64,000 bases of DNA from Octopus vulgaris. Taxonomy: Eukaryota. The DNA lies in NCBI GenBank assembly GCA_951406725.2, contig OX597818.1, positions 138,694,001 through 138,758,000 on the forward strand. Reading direction: 5' to 3'. The position numbers were made by a program, and so were the translations under genes. This document shows positions 1 through 11,984 of the stretch, in pieces. A model generated the notes under the pieces. The model made no database searches, was not told the DNA's origin, and saw only the letters and a list, made by a program, of their open reading frames with translations. Each line of letters opens with the position of its first letter. The stretch's first letter is position 1.

Positions 1-257
1 TATGGTCAATTTGATTAAGGTAATGAGATATAGAATAGCTTAGTTGGAAGAAACTCTTTAGGTCTTCTTAGGCTCATCAGAGGAAGAGAGGAAGGTCTTC
101 TCATACTGGAGACCTGACTCAGCTAAAGGTACCCAATGATCCAGAGGAAGTTTTAGACTAAGTAATGGGTTAAGTTTATCACTCACACTAACTGGGATAC
201 ATAAACTCAGTGTTATGTGAAGCCATTGCCAACTATTCTCAGATCTTTATCTTCATT

Positions 258-600
258 TCATCATCATCATCATCATAGTTTAACATCCGCTTTCCATGCT
301 AGCATGGGTTGGACGGTTCAACTGGGGTCTGGGAAGCCCGAAGGCCTGCACCAGGCCAGTCAGATCTGGCAGTGTTTCTACAGCTGGATGCCCTTCCTAA
401 CACCAACCACTCCGTGAGTGTAGTGGGTGCTTTTTATGTGCCAGCGACACAGGTGCCAGGGGAGGCTGGCGAACGGCCATGCTTGGATGGTGTTTTTTAT
501 GTGCCACCGGCACGGAGGTCAGGCAAGGCTGGCATGGCCACGATTGGATGGTGTTTGTTACGTGCCACCAGCACGGAGGCCAGTCAATGCGGTACTGGCT
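258..600 (-). mobile_element. SINE-like repeat family D ((GAT)n tail, GGAAGGGCATCCAGC motif, internal ~60-65 bp tandem units)
   Basis: Matches copies at 10753, 12949, 28936 and 53480; (CAT)n then TTTAAC(A/G)TCCG..CCATGCTAGCATGGGTTGG on +; internal GTGCCACCGGCAC repeats. Confidence 0.85.
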
Positions 601-939
601 ACTTGACCATTTATATTTAATATTTTCTAAACACCATAAGCCTAAGCACTTGCTGGGATTGGTAGCTATACACAACTAACAGTTTTGTGTTCAATTCCAC
701 TCTGGAACTACTTTAGCCCCAAGTCAACCAATGCCTGGTAAATTACAGAAACCCTGAGAAGTCCATTGTCTATATATATATTGTGTGTGTGTGTGTCATT
801 GTGTTTGTTCCACCAATGACAAATGATATTTGTCTGACTGTCTCATAGGCCTACCCTTTGAGAAACACTGATTTAACCTAAATTTGAGACAACAGCAAAA
901 GAAGAAATAAAGATAAGACTTTTTTCCTTGTTCCAAAGA

Positions 940-1130
940 AAAACGATTTCCTACGGCCTTATCGATCGCATTCTCACCTGGAATCGATTTTTATAAATTT
1001 TTTTCAAAACTTATACACACCCCGATACCGTCGGTATCTACACATCAAATTTGAGCGTAATCGGATGGAGTATGCCCGAGATCCTAGAAGCCACACACAC
1101 ACACAGACAGAACGGATTTTATATAAGAGA
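940..1130 (-). mobile_element. Non-autonomous Helitron-like fragment (5' part)
   Basis: Ends ACAGACAG..TTTTATATAAGAGAT on + (5' TC on -), the same layout as the element at 14500-14898. Confidence 0.5.
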
Positions 1131-1148
1131 TTATATATGGATATGTAT

Positions 1149-1182
<34 letters not shown>

Positions 1183-1510
1183 ATATGTGAGTATGTATAA
1201 TTATATATGTATATGTATATATATATGTATATGTATATATATATGTATAATTATATATGTATATGTATATATATATGTATATGTATATTTATATGTGTGT
1301 GTGTGTATATGTTTATATATATATGTATATGTGTATATATTTGTATGTGTATATGTATATGTGTATATATATGTATGTGTATATGTATATGCATATATAT
1401 ACGTGTGTGTTTATATGTATATGTATGTATATATGTAGATGTATGTATATGTATATATATATTTGTGTATGTAATATGTATATATATTTATACATACATA
1501 TATATGTATA
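1131..1510. repeat. (TA/TATG/TG)n compound microsatellite
   Basis: Directly visible; source of the YIYMC ORFs. Confidence 0.95.
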
Positions 1511-1985
1511 AATTAATTAATTCTTTCAATTATATATGTTCATTTACGTCATGTGTGTATTTGTGTAGCTGTATATTAAGTTTGTATGAATTTGTATAGC
1601 ATGCTGATATTTGTACTCAATGTGTGGTCTTGATAGTTAAGTATTCGGCAACATTGTTATCCATCTGCTTGTGTATGTGTATATATGCGAGAGCCATGTG
1701 CTGATGAATGGACATTTATCAGTATATATTTCAACAAAGAACTGCAAACAAAAAAAAAATATCAAGCAGCTTCATTGCTGGTTCCAAAAGTGTTAGATAA
1801 TGGAAACGATTTAAATATTGCACACCTGTGCATACAATACTCTCTTTCAGTTCATTTTACGAATGTAGTACTTTGTGGTGTTTGTAGCAGTTCAGTTTTA
1901 GCAATCTATATTCTGTGTGTATTCTGAAGGTATGTGTACGAACGCGGCCATTTGTGTGCACAAATGAATGATTTATGCATGTGTA

Positions 1986-2243
1986 TACTCTTTTACTCTT
2001 TTACTCTTTTACTTGTTTCAGTCATTTGACTGCGGCCATGCTGGAGCACCGCCTTTAGTCGAGCAAATCGACCCCGGGACTTATTCTTTTGTAAGCCCAG
2101 TACTTATTCTATCGGGCTCTTTTTGCCGAACCGCTAAGTGACGGGGACGTAAACACACCAGCATTTGTTGTCAAGCAATGCTAGGGGGACAAACACAGAC
2201 ACACAAACACACACACACATACATACATATATATATACATATA

Positions 2244-2327
<84 letters not shown>

Positions 2328-2505
2328 ATATACACATATATACGACAGGCTTCTTTCAGTTTCCGTCTACCAAATCCACTCACAAGGGATTGGTCGGCCC
2401 GGGGCTATAGCAGAAGACACTTGCCCAAGATGCCACGCAGTAGGACTGAACCCGGAACCATGTGGTTGGTTAACAAGCTACTTACCACACAGCCACTCTG
2501 CCCCT
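1986..2505 (-). mobile_element. tRNA-derived SINE family A (CORE-like CTTGGGCAAGTGTCTT, internal microsatellite, (GAGTAAAA)n tail)
   Basis: Near-identical to copies at 8527, 12419, 13960, 35204 and 40597; A-box/B-box-like head; TACTCTTT tandem tail on +. Confidence 0.92.
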
Positions 2506-2602
2506 GTGTATGTCTAATTTCAGTACGTATGATGTGGAATTTATACAGTCCATAAACTTGTATGTATGTCTGTCTTTGTTTCTAAGCATGTATCTATTTG
2601 TG

Positions 2603-2988
2603 TGGAAGCACTCCGTCGGTTACGACGACGAGGGTTCCGGTTGATCCGAATCAACGGAACAGCCTGCTCGTGAAATTAACGTGTAAGTGGCTGAGCACTC
2701 CACAGACACGTGTACCCTTAACGTAGTTCTCGGGGATATTCAGCGTGACACAGAGAGTGACAAGGCCGGCCCTTTGAAATACAGGTACAACAGAAACAGG
2801 AAGTAAGAGTAAGAGAAAGTTGTGGTGAAAGAGTACAGCAGGGATCACCACCATCCCCTGCCGGAACCTCATGGAGCTTTTAGGTGTTTTCGCTCAATAA
2901 ACACTCACAACGCCCGGTTTGGGAATCGAAACCGCGATCCTACGACCGCGAGTCCGCTGCCCTAACCACTGAGCCATTGCGCCTCCAC
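2603..2988 (-). mobile_element. tRNA-derived SINE family B, full length
   Basis: tRNA-like head GGAGGCGCAATGGC..GGTTTCGATTCC on -; 12-bp TSD TATCTATTTGTG (2591-2602, 2989-3000). Confidence 0.95.
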
Positions 2989-4020
2989 TATCTATTTGTG
3001 TATAAGTTACATAACTGTGTGTGTATTCAAATGTGACTCAAACATTTGCTGCATTCATTATATGCACTTTGTGTGTGTGTGTATTTAGCTGTATGTAGCG
3101 TAGGGATGCATACGAGCTATTTACTATATGAGTGAGTGTTTCTTATGAAATGTTTCAATTAAGATTCACTGCTCGTTCATTTGATTGGAATGGCACCTGA
3201 TGTAATATTTACTGATCAAGTACAGACTGGTTGTGAACTGTATTGACTGGAAGCGTGAGAGAGAAAACAGCAGCTTTGTATTTCAGGTATTTCTTATACA
3301 ATCACATGCAGAGGGGTTTGATGAAAAGACCGGCTGAGATGCAGAGTACCCAGATGAGAATGTTGATATTATTGCAGTAATAATTGACTGTACAGATTAA
3401 AAAAAAATGCAATAAAAAAACTAGCTTAAAGGCTAACTGTTAGGGGCTTGGTGTAGAAACCCAATTCATCATCCTTTCATTTCTCACCTTCATGCAGCAA
3501 TGTGTCTAAATTAAGAAAGTGATTGCAATATGAATAATCCAGTCAATAATCTAAAAGAATGTGTAAATATTTGCATAGCTATACACTCTTTCCTCTTGCA
3601 CTTCATTTTTTTTTTTATATCCATAATTCTGTGACTGTTGAAGGAAAGTCGGTATTTTTGCATAATGCTATGAGCTGAGTTTCAATAGAATCAGTTACAC
3701 TACATCCATAAATAAACGTTCAACTCCAGGCAGTTTTTTTTAGATTGTTTTCTATAATGTTTTCTTCCATAAGTTTGAGAGAATCCATTTTTAAATATAA
3801 GGCTGTGGGGATAGGGTGCTTGCTGGGTTACAGGCCACAAATGTTCTAAAAATCAGGGTCCATTGTATGAATTCTGCTTTATTGTAGATTACTCTTCTTG
3901 CTTTTGTTAAGGTGTGGGGAACCTGCAACTTTTGAAGCCATTAAGTACAGTCTAATAAAAGATGTCTAGATTCCAATTAAAAATTAACATTTGATTACAT
4001 TCTTTTATTTTGATTTTAAT

Positions 4021-4255
4021 ATATTTCTTTACTACCCACAAGGGGCTAAACATAGAGGGGACAAACAAGGGCAGACAAAGGGATTGAGTTGATTACATCA
4101 ACCCCAGTGCAAAACTGGTACTTAATTTATCGACCCCGAAAGGATGAAAGGCAAAGTTGACCTCATCGAAATTTGAACTCGGATCTTAACGACAGACAAA
4201 ATACGGCTACGCATATTGCCCGGCACGCTAACGTTTCTGCCAGTTTGCTGCCTTC
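4021..4255 (-). mobile_element. SINE family C (Meta-domain-like GCCTTTCATCCTTTCGGGGTCGATAAA)
   Basis: Reverse complement of the 54388 copy; TATTTTGATTTTAATA duplicated on both sides. Confidence 0.9.
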
Positions 4256-4459
4256 TATATTTTGATTTTAATAATCTTGAAATCAAACCATTAAAGGGTC
4301 AATTTATATTAGCTTTCAAATGGTGTTCACAAGAATTTCGGTACCTTCTGACAGCAGGCTGGTTCTAACATTTTTGCAATAAATGTAATTATATTTTACT
4401 GTGTATTTAATAATATTTTCTATAATGCAGTGTTATTAAATTAAATCTAATTTAAAGTT

Positions 4460-4609
4460 GCCTTGTGTGGTAAGAAGCTTGCTTCCCAACCCCATGGTAC
4501 CAGGTTCAGTCCTCACTGTGTTGCACCTTGGGCAAGTGTCTTCTACTATCGCCTTGACCAACTAAAGCTTTGTGAGTGGCTTTGGTAGAGGGTAACTGAA
4601 AAAAGATTG

Positions 4610-4648
<39 letters not shown>

Positions 4649-4820
4649 TTTGTATTTGTATTTGTTCTCCACCACGACTTAACAACCAAGACACCGACAG
4701 AATAAGTACCAAGCTTACAAAAAATACTGGTGTCAGTTCATTCAATTTAAGAGTCCTTCAAGGTGGTGCCCCAGCATGACTGTAGTCTAATTACTGAAAC
4801 AAGTAAAAAATAAAAGATAT
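4460..4820 (+). mobile_element. SINE family A, diverged
   Basis: CACCTTGGGCAAGTGTCTTCTACTAT core and CTGAAACAAGTAAAA tail. Confidence 0.85.
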
Positions 4821-4930
4821 CCCTGCACTAGGCAATACTTTATAGGTAAGCGAAAAGCCAGAGGAAAGTATCCAACCACTTCCAAAACAATAGTTATTAC
4901 TGAAGTAAAAAATATAGTTCCTCGTCTATG

Positions 4931-5165
4931 TTAACCCATTAAGTCCCACTGTCCTATCTATAAATAGGACACTAAATGAGAACATTGAATAAGCTATATC
5001 ACATTGTCTCAGTGTCCTATTTATAGGACACCGAGTATTTCCATTTCTACTTGAAGTAAAGGAATTTTAATAATTATTTATTTCATTATAACCTATTTTC
5101 AATCATCTGCAAAAATTTAAAAGTAATATTCAGAAATTCAAGTACTCTGGGACTTAATGGGTTAA
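4931..5165. mobile_element. piggyBac-type MITE
   Basis: TTAA-CCCATTAAGTCCC ... GGGACTTAATGGG-TTAA termini; internal GTCCTAT..ATAGGAC palindromes. Confidence 0.85.
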
Positions 5166-5422
5166 TATGAAAAAAATAAATGTAAAACAATGAGATAAAA
5201 ATAGCTAACCATAGAAGCACTACATTCATTGTTTACATTCACTGACTGAATTTAAAGTGAGCCACACAGTGTGCAGTTGTTCAACCTACTAAATATAGCA
5301 GCTAAATCTCCCCGTAAATTATTACCCAACCATCTAAAACAAATGCATTGGGTAATATGGTCCTGGATTTATAAAATAATTGGAAGGTTAGAGCTAGGAT
5401 AATTCTGATCATAAGGACTGAC

Positions 5423-5584
5423 CTTATAGCTACATTATTCGAAATAGAAGAATTTTCTGCCATAACAGTATACATTCTCCTATGCAAAATGGTTGTTTCA
5501 TCTCCTAGAAATAACTGCCAAATTTCAATTGCACCATCATGGATAGGAGAAGCATTCATAGGATAATATATTTATTTACAGGTA
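5423..5584 (-). other. Candidate exon of a - strand transcript (ATG at 5559, MNASPIHDGAIEIWQLFLGD..., product unknown)
   Basis: Acceptor TTGTTTGTTTGTTTTTAACAG| and donor AAG|GTCAGT on -; unique sequence; no homology recognised. Confidence 0.35.
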
Positions 5585-5657
5585 CTGTTAAAAACAAACA
5601 AACAACAAAGAACTCAAAGCAAAGCAGGATAGTCGTAGCTTGAATGATTTTTTGGGA

Positions 5658-6036
5658 TTGGAAGCATTCCATTGGTTGCGACGACGAGGGTTCCGGTTGA
5701 TCCGAATCAACGGAACAGCCTGCTCATGAAATTAACGTGTAAGTGGCTGAGCACTCCACAGACACATGTGTACCCTTAACGTAGTTCTCGGGGATATTCA
5801 GCGTGACACAGAGAGTGACAAGGCCGGCCCTTTGAAATACAGGAACAACAGAAACAGGAAGTAAGAGTGAGAGAAAGTTGTGGTGAAAGAGTACAGCAGG
5901 GATCATCACCATCCCCTGCCGGAGCCTCGTGGAGCTTTAGGTGTTTTTGCTCAATAAACACTCACAACGCCCGGTCTGGGAATCGAAACTGCGATCCTAT
6001 GACTGCAAGTCCGCTGCCCTAACCACTGGCCCATTG
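5658..6036 (-). mobile_element. SINE family B
   Basis: Near-identical to the 2603 copy; TTGAATGATT flanks both ends. Confidence 0.93.
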
Positions 6037-6594
6037 AATGATTGGGTCTTACCTGAATCAACTACCACCACTATCACTATCACCGCCAACTTTCTCATAT
6101 TGAAAAATTTGTTTGTGGGAAGTTTCCACATCTTCTGTATTCTTCATACTTTGCTGTCTCTCCTTCAAGAGTGTTATTCAGGACTTGGTAAGGTTATCTT
6201 AACTTTAGAAGTAGTATCCTATTTAGATGACCTAAAGCAAAACTTCTTTTGTATAGAAACCAACCAGAATTATATAAAATTGGCATTTGAAAGCTTTTGA
6301 ACCATTTGGCAAAATGTTAATGAAAGTGATTGTAAATTTATGCTAGATTAATAAATGTCCTTTGAAACTTTGGTATTAAAAGATCACACATGGAAATTCC
6401 CATACACTTTCATATGTGTGTGGATGTAGCATTATGAATGATTAAATTCACTTCCCAGTCACCAGGCCCGGAGTTCAATTCCACTGCAGAGCTTCTGAGG
6501 AAAGCGTTATTCACTATAGTGTTGACTTGTGCTGAGCAAGTGAAAACAGGTGAACAGAAGCTGTTTACATGTTACGTTGATGGATTGTATCTGT

Positions 6595-6922
6595 TAAAAG
6601 ACTCCGCCGGTTACGACGACGAGGGTCCCAGCTGATACGATCAACAGAACAGCTTGCTCGTGAAATTAACGTGCAAATGGCTGAGCATTCCACAGACACG
6701 TGTACCCTTAACGTAGTTCTCGGGGATAATCAGCGTGACACAGAGAGTGGCAAGGCTGACCCTTTGAAATACAAGTACAACTCATTTTTGCCAGCTGAGT
6801 GGACTGGAGCAACGTGAAATAAAGTGTCTTGCTCAAGGACACAACGCGTCGCCGGGAATCGAACTCACAACCTTACGATCATGAGCCGAATGCCCTAACC
6901 ACTAAGCCACGCGCCCTCACAT
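6595..6922 (-). mobile_element. SINE subfamily B3 (different tRNA head, GTGTCCTTGAGCAAGACACTT central domain, family-B 3' tail)
   Basis: TSD GATTGTATCTGT; 3' ~180 bp shared with family B. Confidence 0.9.
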
Positions 6923-7204
6923 GATTGTATCTGTAATGTGTACGCATACACATGCATAGGCTAGAAATGTCTTGTGATCAATTTGATATAGAACCTTTTT
7001 GATATCAATAACTGGCTGCTAACTGAGTGTGTTTGGGACCCATTTTACATAACGTTTTTCTTCATTATAATACACAATTTTTACTCATTTTCACATCCAT
7101 AACTTATCTGCCGACCCTGTGAGCACACATGCAAAACTACAAAGTAGCAGGAGACTAACTCAATGAAAATAAAACACTAAACAAGGATATCCATTCATAC
7201 ATCT

Positions 7205-7475
7205 GTAGAAGTGCATGGGTTAGTTGTTAGGGTGTTGCATTCATGATTCTAAGATTGTATATACGATTCCTTGGCTGGGTGATGCATTGTGTTCTTGAGA
7301 AAAACACTTCTGGTTTCAATTCTTATTCTGGGTGATGTGTTGTACTCTGGAGCAAAACACTTCATTTCATGTTGCTCCACTCAACTGGCAAAAATGAATA
7401 ATCCTGCAATGGATCAGCAACCCATCCCAGGGGGAATATATATGCTGCAGGATCTGGGAAACTGCCCTTTATGAG
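7205..7475 (+). mobile_element. Degenerate SINE with B3-like head
   Basis: TTCTTGAGAAAAACACTT and CATGTTGCTCCACTCAACTGGCAAAAATGA resemble the 6595 copy. Confidence 0.6.
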
Positions 7476-8048
7476 ACTATGGCTTGGGCAGGATCTTTGG
7501 TCCTCTTTTTTTATCTGTCTGTCTGTTGAATGATGTATCAAACATCAATAAGAAAGTGAATGTGAACGAATTGTTGATATGGGACCTGTAGCTATTGTGC
7601 CAAGATTAGATGTCTTTCTTGGAAGTTATAATCACAAGTGAACTAAATGATGTCACAAGATAGTTTTATTAATTAACCTTGAAAAACTGGAATTCATATT
7701 TTTACAGGTATGTGCAAGTGTGCACACACACACACACACACACACATGTAGCTAAAATTTATATAATTTGCTCACTGCCATAATTTTGGGAAGTGGGGAT
7801 AGGGAATATTTAGTCAAGCCTAGTATTTCACTAGCAAATTAATTTTACCCAGTACCGGTGCCCCATAAAAATCACCCAGTACACTGTAAAATGGTTGGCA
7901 TAGTAAACCTTGGCAAAACAGACAATTGAAGCCTTTTGCAGCTCTCTGGCTTTTCAGATCCATTCAAACCATCCAACCCATGCCAGCATAGAAAGTGGAT
8001 GCTAAATGATAATGGAAAGATAAGAAGGTGCTAAATGATAATGAAAAA

Positions 8049-8279
8049 GGCGGCGAGCTGGCAGAATCGTTATCACGCCAGGCGAAATGCTTAGCGCTAT
8101 TTCGTTTGTTGCTACGTTCTGAGTTCAAATTCCGCCGAGGTCGACTTTGCCTTTCATCCTTTCGGAGTCGATTAAATAAGTACCAGTTACGCACTGGGGT
8201 CGATATAATCGACTTAATACCTATGTCTATCCTTGTTTGTCCTCTCTGTGTTTAGCCCCTTGCAGGTAGTAAAGAAATA
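8049..8279 (+). mobile_element. SINE family C, full length, next to a degenerate family D tail (7855-8010)
   Basis: GGCGGCGAGCTGGCAGAA head, GTTCAAATTCC B-box, AAAGAAATA tail; GATAATGGAAAGATAA duplicated in the flanks. Confidence 0.93.
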
Positions 8280-8526
8280 GATAATGGAAAGATAAAAATT
8301 AGAGCTGATATCAGCATGATTTGAACTTACATTGCAAAGTCCTGTGATTAAAAACTACAATTCATTTTGCCCAATGCTCTTATGACTATTCTGCCAATCT
8401 ACTGTCTTGTGTAGTAAATACAAGCTCTTTTATATCATATTGCTCTTAAATCCATTTGTTTCTTTTTGTATAATAAATATGTATCTACTACTTGGTGCTT
8501 TAATGTCCAGAGTTTGAGTAATTACA

Positions 8527-8961
8527 TACTCTTTTACTCTTTTACTCTTTTACTCTTTTACTTGTTTCAGTCATTTTTGACTGCGGCCATGCTGGAGCAC
8601 TGCCTTTAGTCGAGCAAATCGACCCTGGGACTTATTCTTTGTAAGCCCAGTACTTATTCTATCGGTCTCTTTTTGCCGAACCGCTAAGTGACGGGGACGT
8701 AAACACACCAGCATCGGTTGTCAAGCAATGCTAGGGGGACAAACACAGACACACAAACATATACACACACACTTATATATATATATACATATATACGACA
8801 GGCTTCTTTCAGTTTCCGTCTACCAAATCCACTCACAAGGCATTGGTCGGCCCGGGGCTATAGCAGAAGACACTTGCCCAAGATGCCACACAGTGGGACT
8901 GAACCCGGAACCATGTGGTTGGTTAGCAAGCTACTTACCACACAGCCACTCCTGCGCCTAT
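8527..8961 (-). mobile_element. SINE family A, full length
   Basis: Four TACTCTTT tail units; head ATAGGCGCAGGAGTGGCTGTGTGG on -. Confidence 0.95.
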
Positions 8962-9337
8962 ATTTTACACTTGCTCAGTGTGTATAGATCATCATCTTGC
9001 CATCTTGCTTTTTTTAAAATTTTTATCATCTTTTTACCTTTCTAAGTCATACTGCCCACATACACCGGCTGATTTACATCTCAATCCATCAATCTGACAC
9101 TCCTTCTCCAGAGATGCTATGTAGCTGCATACATAGATCTACTTGTTACTCCATAATTTCTTTCAGACTCCCTTACTATATTATCAATTATCTCTCCATG
9201 CAGTCTCTCTTTCCTTGTGTATTAATTTTTAAAAAATTTCATCTACAACTAACTCTTTGTGTCTCCATGCTTCTTTTACATTTTTCCCATCCACTATATC
9301 CATTATCCATTCCTTAAAATATTTTATTACTTTTATA

Positions 9338-9501
9338 GGTGTGGTGTGGCTGTGTAGTAAGAAGCTTGCTTTCCAACCACATGGTTCTAGGTTCAATCCC
9401 ACTGTATGGCACCTTGGGCAAGTGTCTTCTACTATAGCCACGAGGTGACAGGAACCTTGTGAATGGATTTGGCAGACGAAAACTGAAAGAAGTCTGTTGT
9501 A
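9338..9501 (+). mobile_element. SINE family A, 5' half
   Basis: Head and core, then (TA)n. Confidence 0.85.
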
Positions 9502-9518
9502 TCTATTTATAACTTTGT

Positions 9519-9617
<99 letters not shown>

Positions 9618-9668
9618 ATATAATTATAATAGAATAATTACTATGAAGCATTGTGCAGAATATATTGT

Positions 9669-10644
9669 TTGTATAAAGGATTGTGGGTAAGGCCAAAACA
9701 ATGCAAATTAAATGCAAGGTAAATCACAAGAAAACAAATATGTGAATTAATGTAGACTTACCTTGTAGTTAATATTTTGGGGTTATGACCCCATTTTCAA
9801 GATATTGTTGAATGTTGCCAATGTGCATGTGTATGAGCATGTGTGAAGTGGACATGCACAGAAGGGTGTTGCTATAGCAACCAGCTAGTTTCCTGTAGCT
9901 TTCTTCTAATGTTGATCTCAGGTTTCTTTTGGTGTATGAGGATTGCCTCAGAGATTCTCAGGTTGGCCCTGTTCTGCTGTGTTGCCTTGATGTGCACTGT
10001 GAATTCCGAGGTCTGGCATTTCCATAGATGTTTTTTTCACGGAAGTGTCTGCTTGCACGTGTTCCTTAATGTGTACATGTGTTTCCGATGTAGGATGCAC
10101 CACATTTGCCACAGATGATCTCATATACAACGTATGTCCTCTGGTACAATTCAAGGTCATTGATGGGGCAGTTTGACAATGTGCACTCCTCGGAGTAGCG
10201 AGAGGTGTTGTTCTTGGACAGAGCTTTTCTCAGGGAAGGGCCGGTGTGCACTATCTGTATGTCGAGTCCTTCTCTGCAGACTGCGTGTTGTATTGCTGCA
10301 GTAGTTCAGTTGTCAAAGTGTGGTAGCTTTAGGAAGTACATGCCGGACTTGGGAGTATGATGGTTCTTCCAGGGTCTATTGACCTTGATGTTCTTCAGGC
10401 ACTGTTGTTTAGCTAAAGATGGTGGGTAGCCATTCAGCATTAGGTATTTGAAGAACTGTTTGGTGTTGACCACGAATGGTTACCCACCATGCACATCAGT
10501 AACATTTGTCAATTTCTTGAAAACGGGGTCATAACCCTGAAATATTGAATACAAGTTAAGTCTACATGAATTCACATATTTGTTTTCTTGTGATTTACCT
10601 TGCATTTACTTTGCATTTTTTTGGCCTTACCCACAATCCTTTAT

Positions 10645-10648
<4 letters not shown>
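9669..10648 (-). mobile_element. Penelope-like retroelement relic (RT thumb + GIY-YIG endonuclease) with ~160-bp inverted termini
   Basis: Frameshifted - strand peptides KYLMLNGYPPS, YFLKLPHF, YVVYEIICGKCGASYIGNT, IKEH; arms 9669-9829 and 10488-10648 are reverse complements. Confidence 0.85.
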
Positions 10649-10692
<44 letters not shown>

Positions 10693-10752
10693 GGTAGTTT
10701 TGATTTTAGGTTCCCTTGTAGCATGAGGTATTCAAGTGTAGTAATGCCCTTA

Positions 10753-11097
10753 ATCATCATCATCACCATCATCATCGTTTAACGTCCGTTCTCCATGCTA
10801 GCATGGGTTGGACAGTTCGACCGGGGATCTGGGAAGCCAGAAGGCTGCACCAGGCTCTGGTCTTATCTGGCAATGTTTCTACAGCTGGATGCCCTTCCTA
10901 ACGCCAACCACTCCGTGAGTGTAGTGGGTGCTTTTTACATGCCACCTGCACAGGTGCCAGGCGAGGCTGGCAACGGCCACGGTCGGATTGGTGCAATTTA
11001 CGTGCCACCGGCACAGAAGCCAGTCGAGGCGGCGCTGGCATCGGCCACGATTCGGATGGTGCATTTTACGTGCCACCAGTCCAGGGGTCCTGGCATC
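10753..11097 (-). mobile_element. SINE-like family D
   Basis: As at 258-600. Confidence 0.88.
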
Positions 11098-11225
11098 ATA
11101 GATAAATATATTTAAAGGGAAAAAAACCTCATAAATTTTTCCCTTTATGAGGTTTTTTCATGCTGACTACTTGATAAATTCTTATAAAGATTTTATCCTA
11201 TTTTTAAATTTTAAATTATATATAT

Positions 11226-11444
11226 ATGTGTGTATGTGTGTGTGTGTATTTGTCCTCCCCCGCTCACCATTTGATAACCTGTGTTTAAATCCCCGTAACC
11301 TAGTGGTTCAGCAAAAGAGATTGATAGAATAATTACTAGGCTTAAAAAAATAATCCTGGGGTCTATTTGTTCAACTAAATCCTTCAAGGCTTTGCTCCTG
11401 CATGGCCACAGTCAAATGACTGAAATGAATAAAAGAATAAAGAA
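11226..11444 (+). mobile_element. SINE family A, degenerate 3' half
   Basis: CATGGCCACAGTCAAATGACTGAAA tail. Confidence 0.75.
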
Positions 11445-11595
11445 TTTATTTTTGTTGTTGTTGGTACTGTTTCTTGTTTCTTTTTTCTTTTTTTTTTTAA
11501 AGAGAGGATTATTCTACAGTCTTAGAACTAGCAGCCAAATCCCATTCAAATTCTTAAACCTTATAGCATTTAATGTCATCAAGTCCTTAAGATAA

Positions 11596-11984
11596 TGGAT
11601 GGAAGCACTCCGTCGGTTATGACGACGAGGGTTCCGGTTGATCCGAATCAACGGAACAGCCTGCTCGTGAAATTAACGTGTAAGTGGCTGAGCACTCCAC
11701 AGACACGTGTACCCTTAACATAGTTTTCGGGGATATTCAGCGTGACACAGAGAGTGACAAGGCCGGCCCTTTGAAATACAGGTACAACAGAAACAGGAAG
11801 TAAGAGTGAGAGAAAGTGGTGGCGAAAGAGTACAGCAAGGAATCACCACCATCCCCTGCCGGAGCCTCGTGGAGCTTTTAGGTGTTTTCGCTCAATAAAC
11901 ACTCACAACGCCCGGTCTGGGAATCGAAACCGCGATCCTACGACCGCGAATCCGCTGCCCTAACCACTGGGCCATTGCGCCTCC
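11596..11984 (-). mobile_element. SINE family B, full length
   Basis: 11-bp TSD CCTTAAGATAA. Confidence 0.95.

Noticed and set aside
54-83. CTGATGAGCCTAAGAAGACCTAAAG on -, hammerhead-like
   Set aside because: GAAA and helix II are broken; at best a decayed relic.
1187-1599. ORFs rich in YI/CV/HT/SL/poly-Y here and throughout the window
   Set aside because: Translations of microsatellites that lack stop codons.
2178-2555. Recurrent peptide [19 protein letters not shown] in several ORFs
   Set aside because: Antisense reading of SINE family A, not a gene family.
10930-11097. Regularly spaced GC-rich repeats resembling a CRISPR array
   Set aside because: Whole units repeat with no unique spacers; internal to family D; eukaryotic context.
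11120-11157. Hairpin AAAAAACCTCATAAA/TTTATGAGGTTTTTT resembling a terminator
   Set aside because: Fragment of an interspersed repeat also seen inverted near 32050-32120; bacterial terminators are irrelevant here.
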